64,000 nucleotides of DNA from Desulfatiglandales bacterium (GCA_963666345.1 OY762721.1:2816001-2880000), one strand, 5' to 3'. Shown: positions 28,697 through 38,510, numbered from the stretch's first letter. The notes: generated by a model not told the origin, from the letters alone. Program-made: numbers and translations.

Positions 28697-30205
28697 ATGG
28701 AAATCTCTCAAAGTCAAACAGAGTTCCAGGGCCTGCCGTTTAAGTCCGCTTTCAGACCCGAATCGGTCGCCGTTATAGGTGCCTCTCCAACATTTTTAAA
28801 ATGGGGGCACATGATCCTGACCAACATCCTTGCCGGAGGGTATGAGGGCAGGGTGTTTCCCGTAAATCAAAAAGAGGATCTGATTTGCGGACTTTCCGTG
28901 TACAAAGAGATCGGTGATATTCCGGGTGCGGTTGATCTGGCCTTTATTACCATTCCGGCCGGGAAAGTGGCTGCCGCCCTTGAGCAGTGCGGCAGGAAGG
29001 GCGTAAAGGGGATCGTGCTTATTACCTCCGGATTCAGCGAGGCGGATGATGAAGGAAGGCGGCTCGAGGAGCGGATAGTAAAGATCTGCCGGCAATGGAA
29101 CATGCTCCTTATCGGTCCAAACACAATGGGGGTCATACTTCCGCACTCAAAACTCTTTGCAACCGCAACTCATGCAAGGCCGAGAAAGGGATCGGTCGCC
29201 TTTATCTCTCAGTCGGGAAATCTGGGAAATCAGCTTATCCTGTGGGCTCAGCAGCAGGGCATAGGTATTTCAGCTTTCGTGGGCTCCGGCAATGAGGCAA
29301 TGATAAACTGTATAGACTATCTCGAGTATCTTGAAAAAGATCCTTACACCAGGACCATCCTTCTCTATATAGAAAGCGTTGGTGACGGAAGGAAATTTCT
29401 TGAAGCAGCCAGGAGAATTAACAGAAAAAAACCTATTATTGTTCTTAAGGGAGGGCGGACCGAGGCGGGTAACAATGCCGCCGCCTCTCATACAGGCTCA
29501 CTGGGAGGTGAAGCAAACATTACTGAGGCGGCCTTCAGACAGGCCGGAATACTTACTTCCAAAGTTCCCTCCGAGCTGCTTGATTTTTCGATCGGGTTTT
29601 CTTGCCTCCCTCTTCCAAGGGGTAATCGGGTCGGTATCGTAACTCTGGGGGGCGGCTGGGGGGTGGTTACGGCTGACGGGTGCAATGAAAAAGGCCTTGT
29701 TGTCCCTCGTCTGCCCGAGCATATTATAGCAACGATCGGGAAATATCTTCCGTCGTTCTGGAGCAGGGGAAACCCGGTTGATCTTGTGGGCACAAGAGAT
29801 ATCGAGGTCCCTGTCGTGGCGGTTGAGGAACTGCTGAAGTGGGAAGGGATTGATGCGGTCATATGTCTGGGAATAGTAGGCAGGCATGAGCTTGTTCGTC
29901 TTATGATTGATTCGGCCCGAAGGAGCGATGAAAGGGCTGATTCCAAATTTCTGAACCAGGTGGAATCGATCAGCAGCGGATTTGAAAATGACTACATCGA
30001 ACGTGTGACGGAATTAATGGAGAAATATGAAAAACCGGTGATCGGAGTCTCTTTGGCCAGGTCAGACAAGGGCACCATCAGTCGCGTGGAAGGAAAACGG
30101 TACAAAGGAGTTTTTTACCAGACGCCTGAGGATGCGGTAAATGTGCTGGCAGGCATGGTCGGTTATAATTCTTTTTTGAGAAAGCGATCTTTTTACCCCT
30201 TATAG
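28697..30205 (+). CDS. ADP-forming acyl-CoA ligase alpha subunit
   Basis: CoA-binding VAVIGAS, GPNTMG, SQSG, phospho-His motif ASHTGSL and NPVDL. Confidence 0.85.
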   Translation: MEISQSQTEFQGLPFKSAFRPESVAVIGASPTFLKWGHMILTNILAGGYEGRVFPVNQKEDLICGLSVYKEIGDIPGAVDLAFITIPAGKVAAALEQCGRKGVKGIVLITSGFSEADDEGRRLEERIVKICRQWNMLLIGPNTMGVILPHSKLFATATHARPRKGSVAFISQSGNLGNQLILWAQQQGIGISAFVGSGNEAMINCIDYLEYLEKDPYTRTILLYIESVGDGRKFLEAARRINRKKPIIVLKGGRTEAGNNAAASHTGSLGGEANITEAAFRQAGILTSKVPSELLDFSIGFSCLPLPRGNRVGIVTLGGGWGVVTADGCNEKGLVVPRLPEHIIATIGKYLPSFWSRGNPVDLVGTRDIEVPVVAVEELLKWEGIDAVICLGIVGRHELVRLMIDSARRSDERADSKFLNQVESISSGFENDYIERVTELMEKYEKPVIGVSLARSDKGTISRVEGKRYKGVFYQTPEDAVNVLAGMVGYNSFLRKRSFYPL

Positions 30206-30287
30206 GTTACTGAGGGGCACGAACCTGTATGCCGGGCGAAATGGTTATGACATAAAAAATGCTTGACAGATGAAAAAGCTTTCGGCA

Positions 30288-30309
30288 TGGTAAGACCCTG
30301 GTAAGACCA
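30288..30309 (+). promoter_or_regulatory. Tandem GntR/FadR-subfamily operator repeats
   Basis: TGGTAAGACCC followed by TGGTAAGACCA, overlapping the -10 region of a TTGACA (30263) promoter. Confidence 0.65.
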
Positions 30310-30433
30310 GCATGAAGAAAATGAACTGTAAAGGGGCCCATTTCCTGCAGACAGGCAGGGGCCTGCGAAAATCTCTGATATTATTAGCCACTATTTATGT
30401 CTTTGATGGAAAAGGAAAAATGAGAGGTTCTAA

Positions 30434-31270
30434 ATGATAATTACCCTTACAACATTGTGTGAAAACACTGCCGTTGCCCCGGGTTTTTTTTCCGAATGGG
30501 GCTGGAGTGTGCTGATTGATATCGATGGAGAGAAGATACTTCTGGATACCGGAGCTGGTCGCTCCGCGATTTCAAATGCCGATAAAATGGGCATAAACCT
30601 TTCGTCAATTCAAAAAATCGTTCTCAGTCATGCCCATGCCGACCATACAGGGGGGCTCAGGGATATGCTCGTAAGGACTGGTGAGGTGGAGGTGATGGCC
30701 CATCCTGCAATCTGGGACAAAAAGTGCAAGATAATAAAGGAGGGCTCGCCGCCGGTCTATAATGGCGTGCCCTTTGCCAGGGAGGAGCTTGAAAAGGCAG
30801 CATCTTTCACCCTTAGCAGTGAGCCGGCAGAGGTCTCAAAATACGTAATTACAACCGGGGAGGTTCCCATGACCACCTCCTTTGAAAAACCTGAGCCCAA
30901 TTTTATGGTCATGAAAGACGGTTCTTTGACCAAGGACACCTTCCCGGATGATCTTGCCCTGATAATCAGGACTGAAAAGGGGCTTGTTATCGTTCTTGGC
31001 TGCGCCCACAGGGGGATGATAAATACGATACTTCATGCGCAGAGGCTTACGGGCGATGAGAGGGTCCATGCGGTAATCGGAGGCACGCATCTTTACCCTA
31101 AGTCAAGGGCCGATGTTGAAAATGCCGTTTATGCCCTGAAGGAAATAGGAGTCGAGAGGGTGGGGGTTTCTCACTGTACCGGTATAGAGGCAGCCATGCT
31201 TCTCAAGGAGGCCTTGGGGGATCGCTTTTTTATTAATAACAGTGGGAATTCTGTATCTATTGAGGCTTAA
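30434..31270 (+). CDS. MBL-fold metallo-hydrolase (COG1237-like)
   Basis: LSHAHADHTGG, GCAHRG, GGTHL and HCTG motifs. Confidence 0.88.
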   Translation: MIITLTTLCENTAVAPGFFSEWGWSVLIDIDGEKILLDTGAGRSAISNADKMGINLSSIQKIVLSHAHADHTGGLRDMLVRTGEVEVMAHPAIWDKKCKIIKEGSPPVYNGVPFAREELEKAASFTLSSEPAEVSKYVITTGEVPMTTSFEKPEPNFMVMKDGSLTKDTFPDDLALIIRTEKGLVIVLGCAHRGMINTILHAQRLTGDERVHAVIGGTHLYPKSRADVENAVYALKEIGVERVGVSHCTGIEAAMLLKEALGDRFFINNSGNSVSIEA

Positions 31271-31363
31271 ACAGAACATCAAGAAATGCCTTACATAAAA
31301 AAAGATATGGTAAGGCCGAAATAGACAGGAAAACTGCTGAGGAAGGATTAACCTCATGTCCTA

Positions 31364-31385
31364 TGGTCAGACCGCGGACATACCA
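31364..31385 (+). promoter_or_regulatory. Second tandem GntR-type operator, upstream of the regulator
   Basis: TGGTCAGACCG followed by CGGACATACCA; a further copy TGGTAAGGCCG lies at 31308-31318. Confidence 0.55.
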
Positions 31386-31408
31386 GCATTCCAAAGGGGT
31401 ACGTCGAT

Positions 31409-32143
31409 ATGGAGAGAAACAGATCTCCTCTGGCACCTTCGCAAACGAGAATATTTGATAAAATTATCTCCTTTTTCAAAGAGATAATGGAGGCCGGAGA
31501 GCTGATGCCGGGCGACAGGCTTCTGTCCGAAAGAGAACTGTCCTCCAGGCTGGGTGTAAGCCGCGCCAGCTTGAGAGAGGCATTAAGGGCGCTTGAACTG
31601 TTCGGCCTTATCTCGGTTATTCCGGGTCAGGGCTCTTTTATCACACCGCCCAATTTCAAATCCCTATCCTCTGTATTCGAGCTGATGCTGACGCTGAAGC
31701 CCTCGATTTCAGAAAATGTCCTGGAAGTAAGAGTTCTCCTTGAAGTGGAGGCGGTGCGCCTTGCCACTAAGAGGGCGACTCCCGAAGAGTTAGCATTGAT
31801 AAAAGGCGTGCTTGAGAGGATGCCTCCAAGCCTGGACGGGGAGGACTTCGGAGCCCAGTCTGACTTTGAATTTCATAAGGCAATCCTTACTGCTACCCAC
31901 AATGATATCCTCATATTTATTTCAGATACGATTGAAGGACTCCTTAGAAAAAGTCATTACGAACGAAGAATATCCCTTTTTAACATAATCGATGAAAGGG
32001 AGAAACTGGTTCAGTGTCATAGAGAAATATACGAAGCCATGGATGCAAGAGACGCTGATGCGGCAGCAAACAGCATGCGCGATCACTTCAGGTATACAAA
32101 CAGACTTATAGCAAAGAGCGTAAATAGTAAAACCGATGATTAA
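31409..32143 (+). CDS. GntR-family regulator (FadR/FCD subfamily)
   Basis: Winged HTH PGDRLLSERELSSRLGVSRASLREAL; FCD domain DFEFH...HN...H...MRDH. Confidence 0.92.
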   Translation: MERNRSPLAPSQTRIFDKIISFFKEIMEAGELMPGDRLLSERELSSRLGVSRASLREALRALELFGLISVIPGQGSFITPPNFKSLSSVFELMLTLKPSISENVLEVRVLLEVEAVRLATKRATPEELALIKGVLERMPPSLDGEDFGAQSDFEFHKAILTATHNDILIFISDTIEGLLRKSHYERRISLFNIIDEREKLVQCHREIYEAMDARDADAAANSMRDHFRYTNRLIAKSVNSKTDD

Positions 32144-32201
32144 CAAAATAAAGTATCAAAAGCGTTATTTGAACAATATCTAACAGGAAGGGGGAGTGTT
32201 T

Positions 32202-32957
32202 ATGAAGGCAGATAAAGACAAATGTATTGCGTGCAAGCGGTGCTTCGCATATTGCCCGATGGGCAGGATACAGTCCGTTCACAGGCATGATGCAATTCCG
32301 GGCAGATGCTATATCGAAATTGACCAGGATGCATGCACTGATTGCGGGATGTGCCTCAGGGCGGGCGTATGCCCGGTAAATGCCCTTTACCAGCCAACGG
32401 AGACATGGCCGAGGGAGGTAAGGGGAATCCTTAGCAATCCGATGGTTGAATTTCTGGGGTCCCAGACGCCTGGTCGAGGTACTGAGGAGATGAAGACCAA
32501 CGATGTGAAGGGGACCTTCCTGCCCGGCGAGGCAGGTGTAGGGGTAGAACTGGGCAGGCCGGGTATCGGCGCATATTTCAGGGATGTGGAAAAGGTTGCA
32601 ATGGCACTGGCTCCACTAGGATACTACTTCGCAGCTGAAAACCCTGTTACCCATTTTATGGAAGACAAGAATACGGGAAAATTGAGGGAGGATGTTCTCG
32701 GCGAGAAGGCAACATCGGCTATTATTGAAGGTAAATGCAAGCTTGAGGTGCTCCCCGAAGTATTGATGACCTTGAAAAAGGTGGCCAAAGAGGTGGATAC
32801 CGTTTTTACCGTTGAGGTAATAACAAAGGTAACTCCGGAAGGGGATGTGCCGATCAAATCGGTGCTCGAAGATATGGGCATCTGGTATTCTCTGAACAGC
32901 AAGAACAACTGCGGTTTAGGGGAACCTTATTTTAATTTCTACCCCGAAGCTAATTAG
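32202..32957 (+). CDS. Dicluster ferredoxin domain fused to a domain of unknown function
   Basis: CIACKRCFAYCP and CTDCGMCLRAGVCP, followed by about 190 unassigned residues. Confidence 0.8.
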   Translation: MKADKDKCIACKRCFAYCPMGRIQSVHRHDAIPGRCYIEIDQDACTDCGMCLRAGVCPVNALYQPTETWPREVRGILSNPMVEFLGSQTPGRGTEEMKTNDVKGTFLPGEAGVGVELGRPGIGAYFRDVEKVAMALAPLGYYFAAENPVTHFMEDKNTGKLREDVLGEKATSAIIEGKCKLEVLPEVLMTLKKVAKEVDTVFTVEVITKVTPEGDVPIKSVLEDMGIWYSLNSKNNCGLGEPYFNFYPEAN

Positions 32958-32969
32958 AGGAGGGAAATC

Positions 32970-33617
32970 ATGACCCATAGTCTGCATAGAAGGGGTAACT
33001 ATGAAAATCTCAAAGAAGACTTTGTAGTTCTAGGTTGCCCTGCAACAGGTGTTAATAAGGTAGGTTCGGCACCAAAGACAAGGAAATTTCTGCAAATATG
33101 TTATAAGCACGGTCCCGTAAATCTGGGTGATATGAAAACCGGAAATATCTATACCACTAACATGGAGACCATAATAAACAAGTGTACCGACGGGACAATT
33201 GTAGAGTGTACCTTCGATAATAAAGACAAGGTTGTCGAACTTCTGAAAGAACTCAAGAACGACAAGGCGGGTATTTCCGTCATTATTTCCGGAGTAACCG
33301 ATGTGGTTCAGGAGATTATGAATGAGGCGGGGCTGGGATATATCCATTCCCTTGAATATTCCCTTGGGACCTGGGGCCAGACCGAGCGACTTCCTGACTT
33401 TGAGGTCCTTGAACTGACTACAATGTGCGGGCATGCAATGATTGCTACGGATCTTGTAGGAAAACTGGCCCGGGATATCAAGCGAGGCCGCCGCACTTTG
33501 CACGATGCAGCAGTTGAAATCGCAAAATGCTGTACCTGCGGAAACCTGAATCTCACAAGAGCTATGAGTCTATTTAAAAAGTTGCTCCCCCTCTATACCA
33601 TTCATTCTCTATATTAA
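32970..33617 (+). CDS. Hypothetical Cys-containing protein
   Basis: Strong RBS GAGGAGG; TMCGH and CCTCG motifs. Confidence 0.8.
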   Translation: MTHSLHRRGNYENLKEDFVVLGCPATGVNKVGSAPKTRKFLQICYKHGPVNLGDMKTGNIYTTNMETIINKCTDGTIVECTFDNKDKVVELLKELKNDKAGISVIISGVTDVVQEIMNEAGLGYIHSLEYSLGTWGQTERLPDFEVLELTTMCGHAMIATDLVGKLARDIKRGRRTLHDAAVEIAKCCTCGNLNLTRAMSLFKKLLPLYTIHSLY

Positions 33618-33700
33618 AAAGAGAAATAAGTATGGCGGGTTTCTAAAGAGTAACTGCAAAACAGTGCCGGTGACATTGGATTTAAGGAAGGAGATAAAAA

Positions 33701-35011
33701 ATGAAATACATCATTATCGGAGGGAGCGCTGCTGCAATCAGTGCAATCGAGGCGATTCGATCAATCGACGCCACCTCGAAGATTGATCTTTTCAGTGACG
33801 AATCCACCCCTCTCTTCTCCAGAGTTCTTCTACCCTATTATGTGGCGGAAGAGCTTTCAAAACAACTGCTGAATTTCAGGCCGTTGACTTTTTTTGAAGA
33901 CAATAACGTGAATGCCCATATGGGCACCAGGATAGTAGATGTTTCTGCTGATTCAAAAACGGTAAAGACCGCAGAGGGCGTCAGCTACGAGTTCGACCGC
34001 CTGCTCATGGCTACAGGTGGCAATGCCATTGTTCCGCCTATCCCCGGAATCGAGATGGAAGGGGTTTCAACTCTGAAAACGATGGAAGATGCCGAGCGTG
34101 TCTACTCGATGAAGGGGAAAAAGGCCGTGGTCATAGGAGCGGGAAGTATAGGTGTCGAGTCATGCATAAGCCTTAAGCGAAGAGGCATGGAGGTGACTCT
34201 TATTGAGCAACTGGGCAGGGTCCTTCCGACGGTATTCGATGATGAGGCCTCCGGTATCATCCAGCGGCGAATGGAAGGCCTGGGTATCAGGGTTTTAACC
34301 GGTGAAAGAGCCAATAAATTTATCGGCAACGGCCATGTCGCCGGTGTTGTCGCCGATTCCGGGGAAATTCCCTGCGACATGGTGGTGCTGGCAATAGGTG
34401 TTAAGCCCTCTGTTGAGCTTGCAACAAAAGCCGGAGCCGAGGTGGGTGAACTCGGCGGGATCAAGGTGGATGACAGGATGATGACCACGACTCACAATAT
34501 CTATGCCGCAGGTGATGTTGCAGAGACCAGGGACATAGCGAGCGGGTCTATGGCGGTAAATGCGATCTGGCCCTGCGCGATGGAGCAGGGAAAGGTGGCC
34601 GGCCTTAACATGGCAGGGGAATCAACAGTCTATCCGGGTTCTCTCAGGACGAATTCGATAGGAAATTTCATAGGGCAACCCGCCATATCCATCGGCATGG
34701 TTAATGCCCCCGTTGAAGTGGCCGGGGCCGAGGCTGGCGAAAGCTATCAGGAAATCAAGAGAAGATCGAAGGATACCTATAGAAAACTTGTCCTGAAAGG
34801 AGACAGAATCGTAGGGGCCATTCTTGTCGGAGATACTCAGAAAGCGGGTATCATGACCCTTCTGATAAAGAAGAAAATACCCCTGGGCGAATTTGTTCCT
34901 GTCATTATGGGCAGCAGACTCAATTTTATGGATATCCTGCCTCTGATGAGGAGGTATGGCGAAAAGTTCAGTGAACTTGAATTCAAGGAACTCATGGACA
35001 CCGGCATTTGA
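33701..35011 (+). CDS. FAD-dependent NAD(P)H oxidoreductase (NirB-N/FNOR-like)
   Basis: IIGGSAA, ATGG, VIGAGSIG and IYAAGDVAE motifs. Confidence 0.9.
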   Translation: MKYIIIGGSAAAISAIEAIRSIDATSKIDLFSDESTPLFSRVLLPYYVAEELSKQLLNFRPLTFFEDNNVNAHMGTRIVDVSADSKTVKTAEGVSYEFDRLLMATGGNAIVPPIPGIEMEGVSTLKTMEDAERVYSMKGKKAVVIGAGSIGVESCISLKRRGMEVTLIEQLGRVLPTVFDDEASGIIQRRMEGLGIRVLTGERANKFIGNGHVAGVVADSGEIPCDMVVLAIGVKPSVELATKAGAEVGELGGIKVDDRMMTTTHNIYAAGDVAETRDIASGSMAVNAIWPCAMEQGKVAGLNMAGESTVYPGSLRTNSIGNFIGQPAISIGMVNAPVEVAGAEAGESYQEIKRRSKDTYRKLVLKGDRIVGAILVGDTQKAGIMTLLIKKKIPLGEFVPVIMGSRLNFMDILPLMRRYGEKFSELEFKELMDTGI

Positions 35012-35058
35012 TAAACGGTAGCCGATAAGTTTAAAGAAAAGAATATGAGGAGACTAAA

Positions 35059-35499
35059 ATGCAGATAATAATGGTAGATCCTGAAAAATGCACGGGATGC
35101 CATCAGTGCGAGCTGTGGTGCGCCAATGAGATTGCTTCCGAGTCCAAGGATATGCCTCTTTCTTTCACAGACGACCCTCAACCTGTACCAAGGGTCTTTG
35201 TAGAGGGAAAGGCATTTGCACTGCAGTGCAGGCACTGTCCCGATGCACCCTGTATCGAGGCCTGCCCGAACGGGACAATGAGGAGGAATCCCGAGACGGG
35301 AATGGTCTTTGTTAATGAACCGACCTGCATAGCCTGCTGGATGTGTGTGATGGTTTGTCCCTTTGGGGTGATAAATCCGTCATCAACCATGAAGGTCGCT
35401 GTAAAGTGTGACCGCTGTCAGCACATGGGTTTTCCCATCTGTGTCGAGGCCTGTCCCACTGACGCTCTTTATCTTACCGAACGTAAGGAAAGCGCTTAG
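35059..35499 (+). CDS. cooF: CooF-like 4x[4Fe-4S] protein
   Basis: CTGCHQCELWC, CRHCPDAPCIEACP, CIACWMCVMVCP and KCDRC...CVEACP motifs. Confidence 0.8.
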   Translation: MQIIMVDPEKCTGCHQCELWCANEIASESKDMPLSFTDDPQPVPRVFVEGKAFALQCRHCPDAPCIEACPNGTMRRNPETGMVFVNEPTCIACWMCVMVCPFGVINPSSTMKVAVKCDRCQHMGFPICVEACPTDALYLTERKESA

Positions 35500-35552
35500 T
35501 TTAAACACAAAATTTATACCGGTTATGTATAGATGGGAGAAAGGAGAATAAA

Positions 35553-37268
35553 ATGGAGTTTATCCAAAAAAGATCACAAGACAGTGCCGTTGATCCGTTT
35601 CTTTTAAAGGCGGCAGATGAGGGTGTAGCCCTTGTGTGGGATCGCTATGAGGGACAGCTTCCTGAATGCGGTTTCTGTGAGGCGGGAATGAGCTGCAGGG
35701 ACTGTTTGCAGGGACCTTGCATCAGTCATCCCTTTAAGGGCGAAATAAACAAATCAGGAATTTGCGGAAAAGATAACGATACCCTTGCGGCCCACAGCCT
35801 TCTGAGGCTGGCGTTGAAGGGAACCATGGGTTATCTGGATCAGTTAAATGATCTATTGGAAGATCTTGAAAAAGGAAACATTGAGCCTGCCGACAAGGCT
35901 CAGACTGAAAAACTTGTCTCCCGGGCGAGGGACCTTTACAGGGTCGCGGGAAGTGAGGTGATCGATGCATTTCCGGAAACGATGTCCGAAAATTGGAGGA
36001 CTTCCGGAGTAGTTCCCCAGGGAGTTGCCAGGGATGTTATTAAGGCCTCTCAGAAACTTGAGGGTGGGATTGCCGATCTTAACGAGCTTGTGCTCTGGTC
36101 CTTTAAATGCTCCCTTCTGGGTGCGGTAGCCCAAAGGGCCGCAATAGCCCTTAAAAAGGCCGTTTTTGGAGATGTGACTCCTACCGAATTGTGCTTAAAC
36201 CTGGGTTGTCTGGCGGAAGAAAAACCGACGGTCCTTTTCTTCGGGAATGTTCCGACCGCATTGATCAGCAAGGTCTGTTCCCAGGCCGAGTCTGAAAATA
36301 TCGAAGTCGGGGGAGTTTGCACGGATACGCTTATATCCTCATACAAGATCTCACCGGTAACCAATTACGGGTCCCAGGAAGTTGCACTTATGACTGGTGC
36401 CGTGGATGTGATTGTTGTGGGGGATCAGTTTGTAAATCCCTCTCTTTCGGAGTTTGCTGAAAGATGGGAGGTAAAGATAATCAAGGCTCAGTCCATCAAG
36501 GGGCTCGGTAGTTATGATGTCGAGGCAAGCTCGATCATCGAGACGGCAAAAAGGGCCTTCGATACCCGCTCCAATGTTAAAAAGACTATCCCGGCGGCAA
36601 AAGACAGTGCCCTTATGGGTTATACCTCCGGACAGATCGATGCCGGAAAGATAATCAAGGCCCTTGATGAAGGTAAGATCAAGGGGGTGGCGCTTCTTTG
36701 CGGAAGCAATAATGTGAAATATTCTCAGGATAATGAGACGGTCGTCATGGCCGAGCATTTCCTGGAAAACGATATCCTCTGTTTTGCCGACGGTGAGGCG
36801 AGCATCACCCTGGCAAAAAAGGGATTTCTTAAGGCAGGGGAAAAGGGCGTATGCGGTGAAGGGCTTTCAAACGTTCTCGCAAGCCTGGGTGATGAAATCC
36901 CTGCGGTTATTGATATTACCTGCTACGGGGTAACCGATCTTCTGATTGATCTGGCAGGAGCCGCAGGAAAAGCGCTTTCCGAGTATCCTGTTTTCGCATG
37001 TTACCCGGAGGCCAACAGGACCATGGAGGTAACCAAGGCCCTGTGGACCGTGGCCATGGGAGTCCCAGTCTATTTCTGGCCGGCTCTGCCTGTAACCGGC
37101 AGTGCCAAGATGGTAAAGGCACTGAGCGAATTCTGCACGGAAACCTTCGGGGCAGGATTCAATATCATTGCAAGAAAGCGCCTTACCGCACTTGTGAAGG
37201 CCGGGAATATCGTGCAGGAAATGACAGGTGGCGAGAAAAAGAAGATGAGCGGCTACGAGTGGAGATAA
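35553..37268 (+). CDS. Divergent CooS (Ni-CODH/HCP superfamily) homologue lacking most C-cluster ligands
   Basis: VWDRYE...CGFCEAGMSCRDCLQGPC...GICG N-terminus, SQEVALMTGAVD and GSNNVK; catalytic ligands are substituted. Confidence 0.85.
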   Translation: MEFIQKRSQDSAVDPFLLKAADEGVALVWDRYEGQLPECGFCEAGMSCRDCLQGPCISHPFKGEINKSGICGKDNDTLAAHSLLRLALKGTMGYLDQLNDLLEDLEKGNIEPADKAQTEKLVSRARDLYRVAGSEVIDAFPETMSENWRTSGVVPQGVARDVIKASQKLEGGIADLNELVLWSFKCSLLGAVAQRAAIALKKAVFGDVTPTELCLNLGCLAEEKPTVLFFGNVPTALISKVCSQAESENIEVGGVCTDTLISSYKISPVTNYGSQEVALMTGAVDVIVVGDQFVNPSLSEFAERWEVKIIKAQSIKGLGSYDVEASSIIETAKRAFDTRSNVKKTIPAAKDSALMGYTSGQIDAGKIIKALDEGKIKGVALLCGSNNVKYSQDNETVVMAEHFLENDILCFADGEASITLAKKGFLKAGEKGVCGEGLSNVLASLGDEIPAVIDITCYGVTDLLIDLAGAAGKALSEYPVFACYPEANRTMEVTKALWTVAMGVPVYFWPALPVTGSAKMVKALSEFCTETFGAGFNIIARKRLTALVKAGNIVQEMTGGEKKKMSGYEWR

Positions 37269-37301
37269 TTCTCAGGCACAAATAGGATTTAATCCGTCAT
37301 A

Positions 37302-37324
37302 CCCCCACCTGTAACAGGTGGGGG
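37302..37324 (+). terminator. GC-rich hairpin (terminator or mRNA stabiliser)
   Basis: CCCCCACCTG-TAA-CAGGTGGGGG. Confidence 0.55.
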
Positions 37325-37435
37325 CTGTGACTCATTTTTAAAGGGGGTGATATCGAAATAAAGAGAAACCGGCTGAATTGAATCACTAAATTGTTCGGTC
37401 CTTTGCTAAAATTTTTCTACCAAGGAGGGTGACTT

Positions 37436-38476
37436 ATGGGAAAAAAAAGTGTATCGATCACAGCATTGTTTGTAGCACTGCTGTTTGCTTTCGGTCTGAT
37501 GAGCGCCGTGACGGCTGCTGCGGCTGATATCAAAAAACCTAATGACTTCCCCACAAGAAAAATTGAATGGAACCTCTGGTATGGACCGGGAGGCGGGACG
37601 GATATCTTTTCAAGGACTATCGGAATACCGGCCAGACGGTATCTCAAACCCGCACCCCTCGTAATAGTAAATATTCCCGGTGCATCCGGTGCAAACGGAA
37701 TGATCTACACTATGGAACAGCCGGCCGACGGATATTCGATAACCTCAATAGGAAACGATCTGCCCATAAACGATGTGCAGAAACGTGCCAAATTCGAAGG
37801 GAAGGCCCTTACTATTGACGATTTTGAGCCGATTATCCGTTGCCAGTACGATACTGCGACCATCCAGGTAAACAGCAAAAAGAGCAAGACCAAAGGCTCG
37901 GCATTCAAGGATGTAAAGGAATTTGTCGACTACGCAAAGAAAAATCCAAACAAGGTAATTATAGGAATCACCGGTTCTGCGGGATATGACGAGGTAGTCC
38001 TTTCCATGTGGCTCAATGCGGCAGGTATTACTGCCAAGGTCGTGCCTTATGATTCTGCGGGAAAGTGCCATGCAGCGTTGCTGGGCGGGCATGTCGATGC
38101 CATGTTTGAAGAGTTCGGCCCTACCGTTTCCCTCCTTGAGGGGGGACAGCTAAAGGCAATCCTTGTCTTCAAAGAAGAAAGGGTCAAGGATAAACGATTT
38201 GCCGACGTGCCCTGTTCCGTGGAACTCGGTTGGGATGTCACCATCGGCAGGTGGCGCGGTGTAGGCTGCAAAAAGGGGACCCCGCCAGAAAGAATCGAGT
38301 TCCTCCACCAGGTTTTCAAAAAGGCCATGGACCATTCAATATACAAAAACCTGGAAAAGGCTAATCTCCTTGATATCCGAGTAGGCTACATGGGACCGGC
38401 AGAACTTAAAGAGGCAATCAAGAAGGAGAAGGTGGTTTTTGAAAAGGTCCTCAAACAACTGGGTTATGTGAAATAA
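37436..38476 (+). CDS. tctC: Tripartite tricarboxylate transporter substrate-binding protein (TctC/Bug)
   Basis: Signal peptide; FPTRKI...GPGGGTD, NIPGASG, ADGY and LLGGHVD motifs. Confidence 0.88.
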   Translation: MGKKSVSITALFVALLFAFGLMSAVTAAAADIKKPNDFPTRKIEWNLWYGPGGGTDIFSRTIGIPARRYLKPAPLVIVNIPGASGANGMIYTMEQPADGYSITSIGNDLPINDVQKRAKFEGKALTIDDFEPIIRCQYDTATIQVNSKKSKTKGSAFKDVKEFVDYAKKNPNKVIIGITGSAGYDEVVLSMWLNAAGITAKVVPYDSAGKCHAALLGGHVDAMFEEFGPTVSLLEGGQLKAILVFKEERVKDKRFADVPCSVELGWDVTIGRWRGVGCKKGTPPERIEFLHQVFKKAMDHSIYKNLEKANLLDIRVGYMGPAELKEAIKKEKVVFEKVLKQLGYVK

Positions 38477-38510
38477 TCCGGCATAGTCCTGTTTGTTAAA
38501 TCCAATCAGA

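Noticed and set aside
35553..37268. Functional CO dehydrogenase (cooS)
   Set aside because: Most C-cluster ligands, the catalytic Lys and the proton-relay His residues are substituted, so no gene symbol was assigned.
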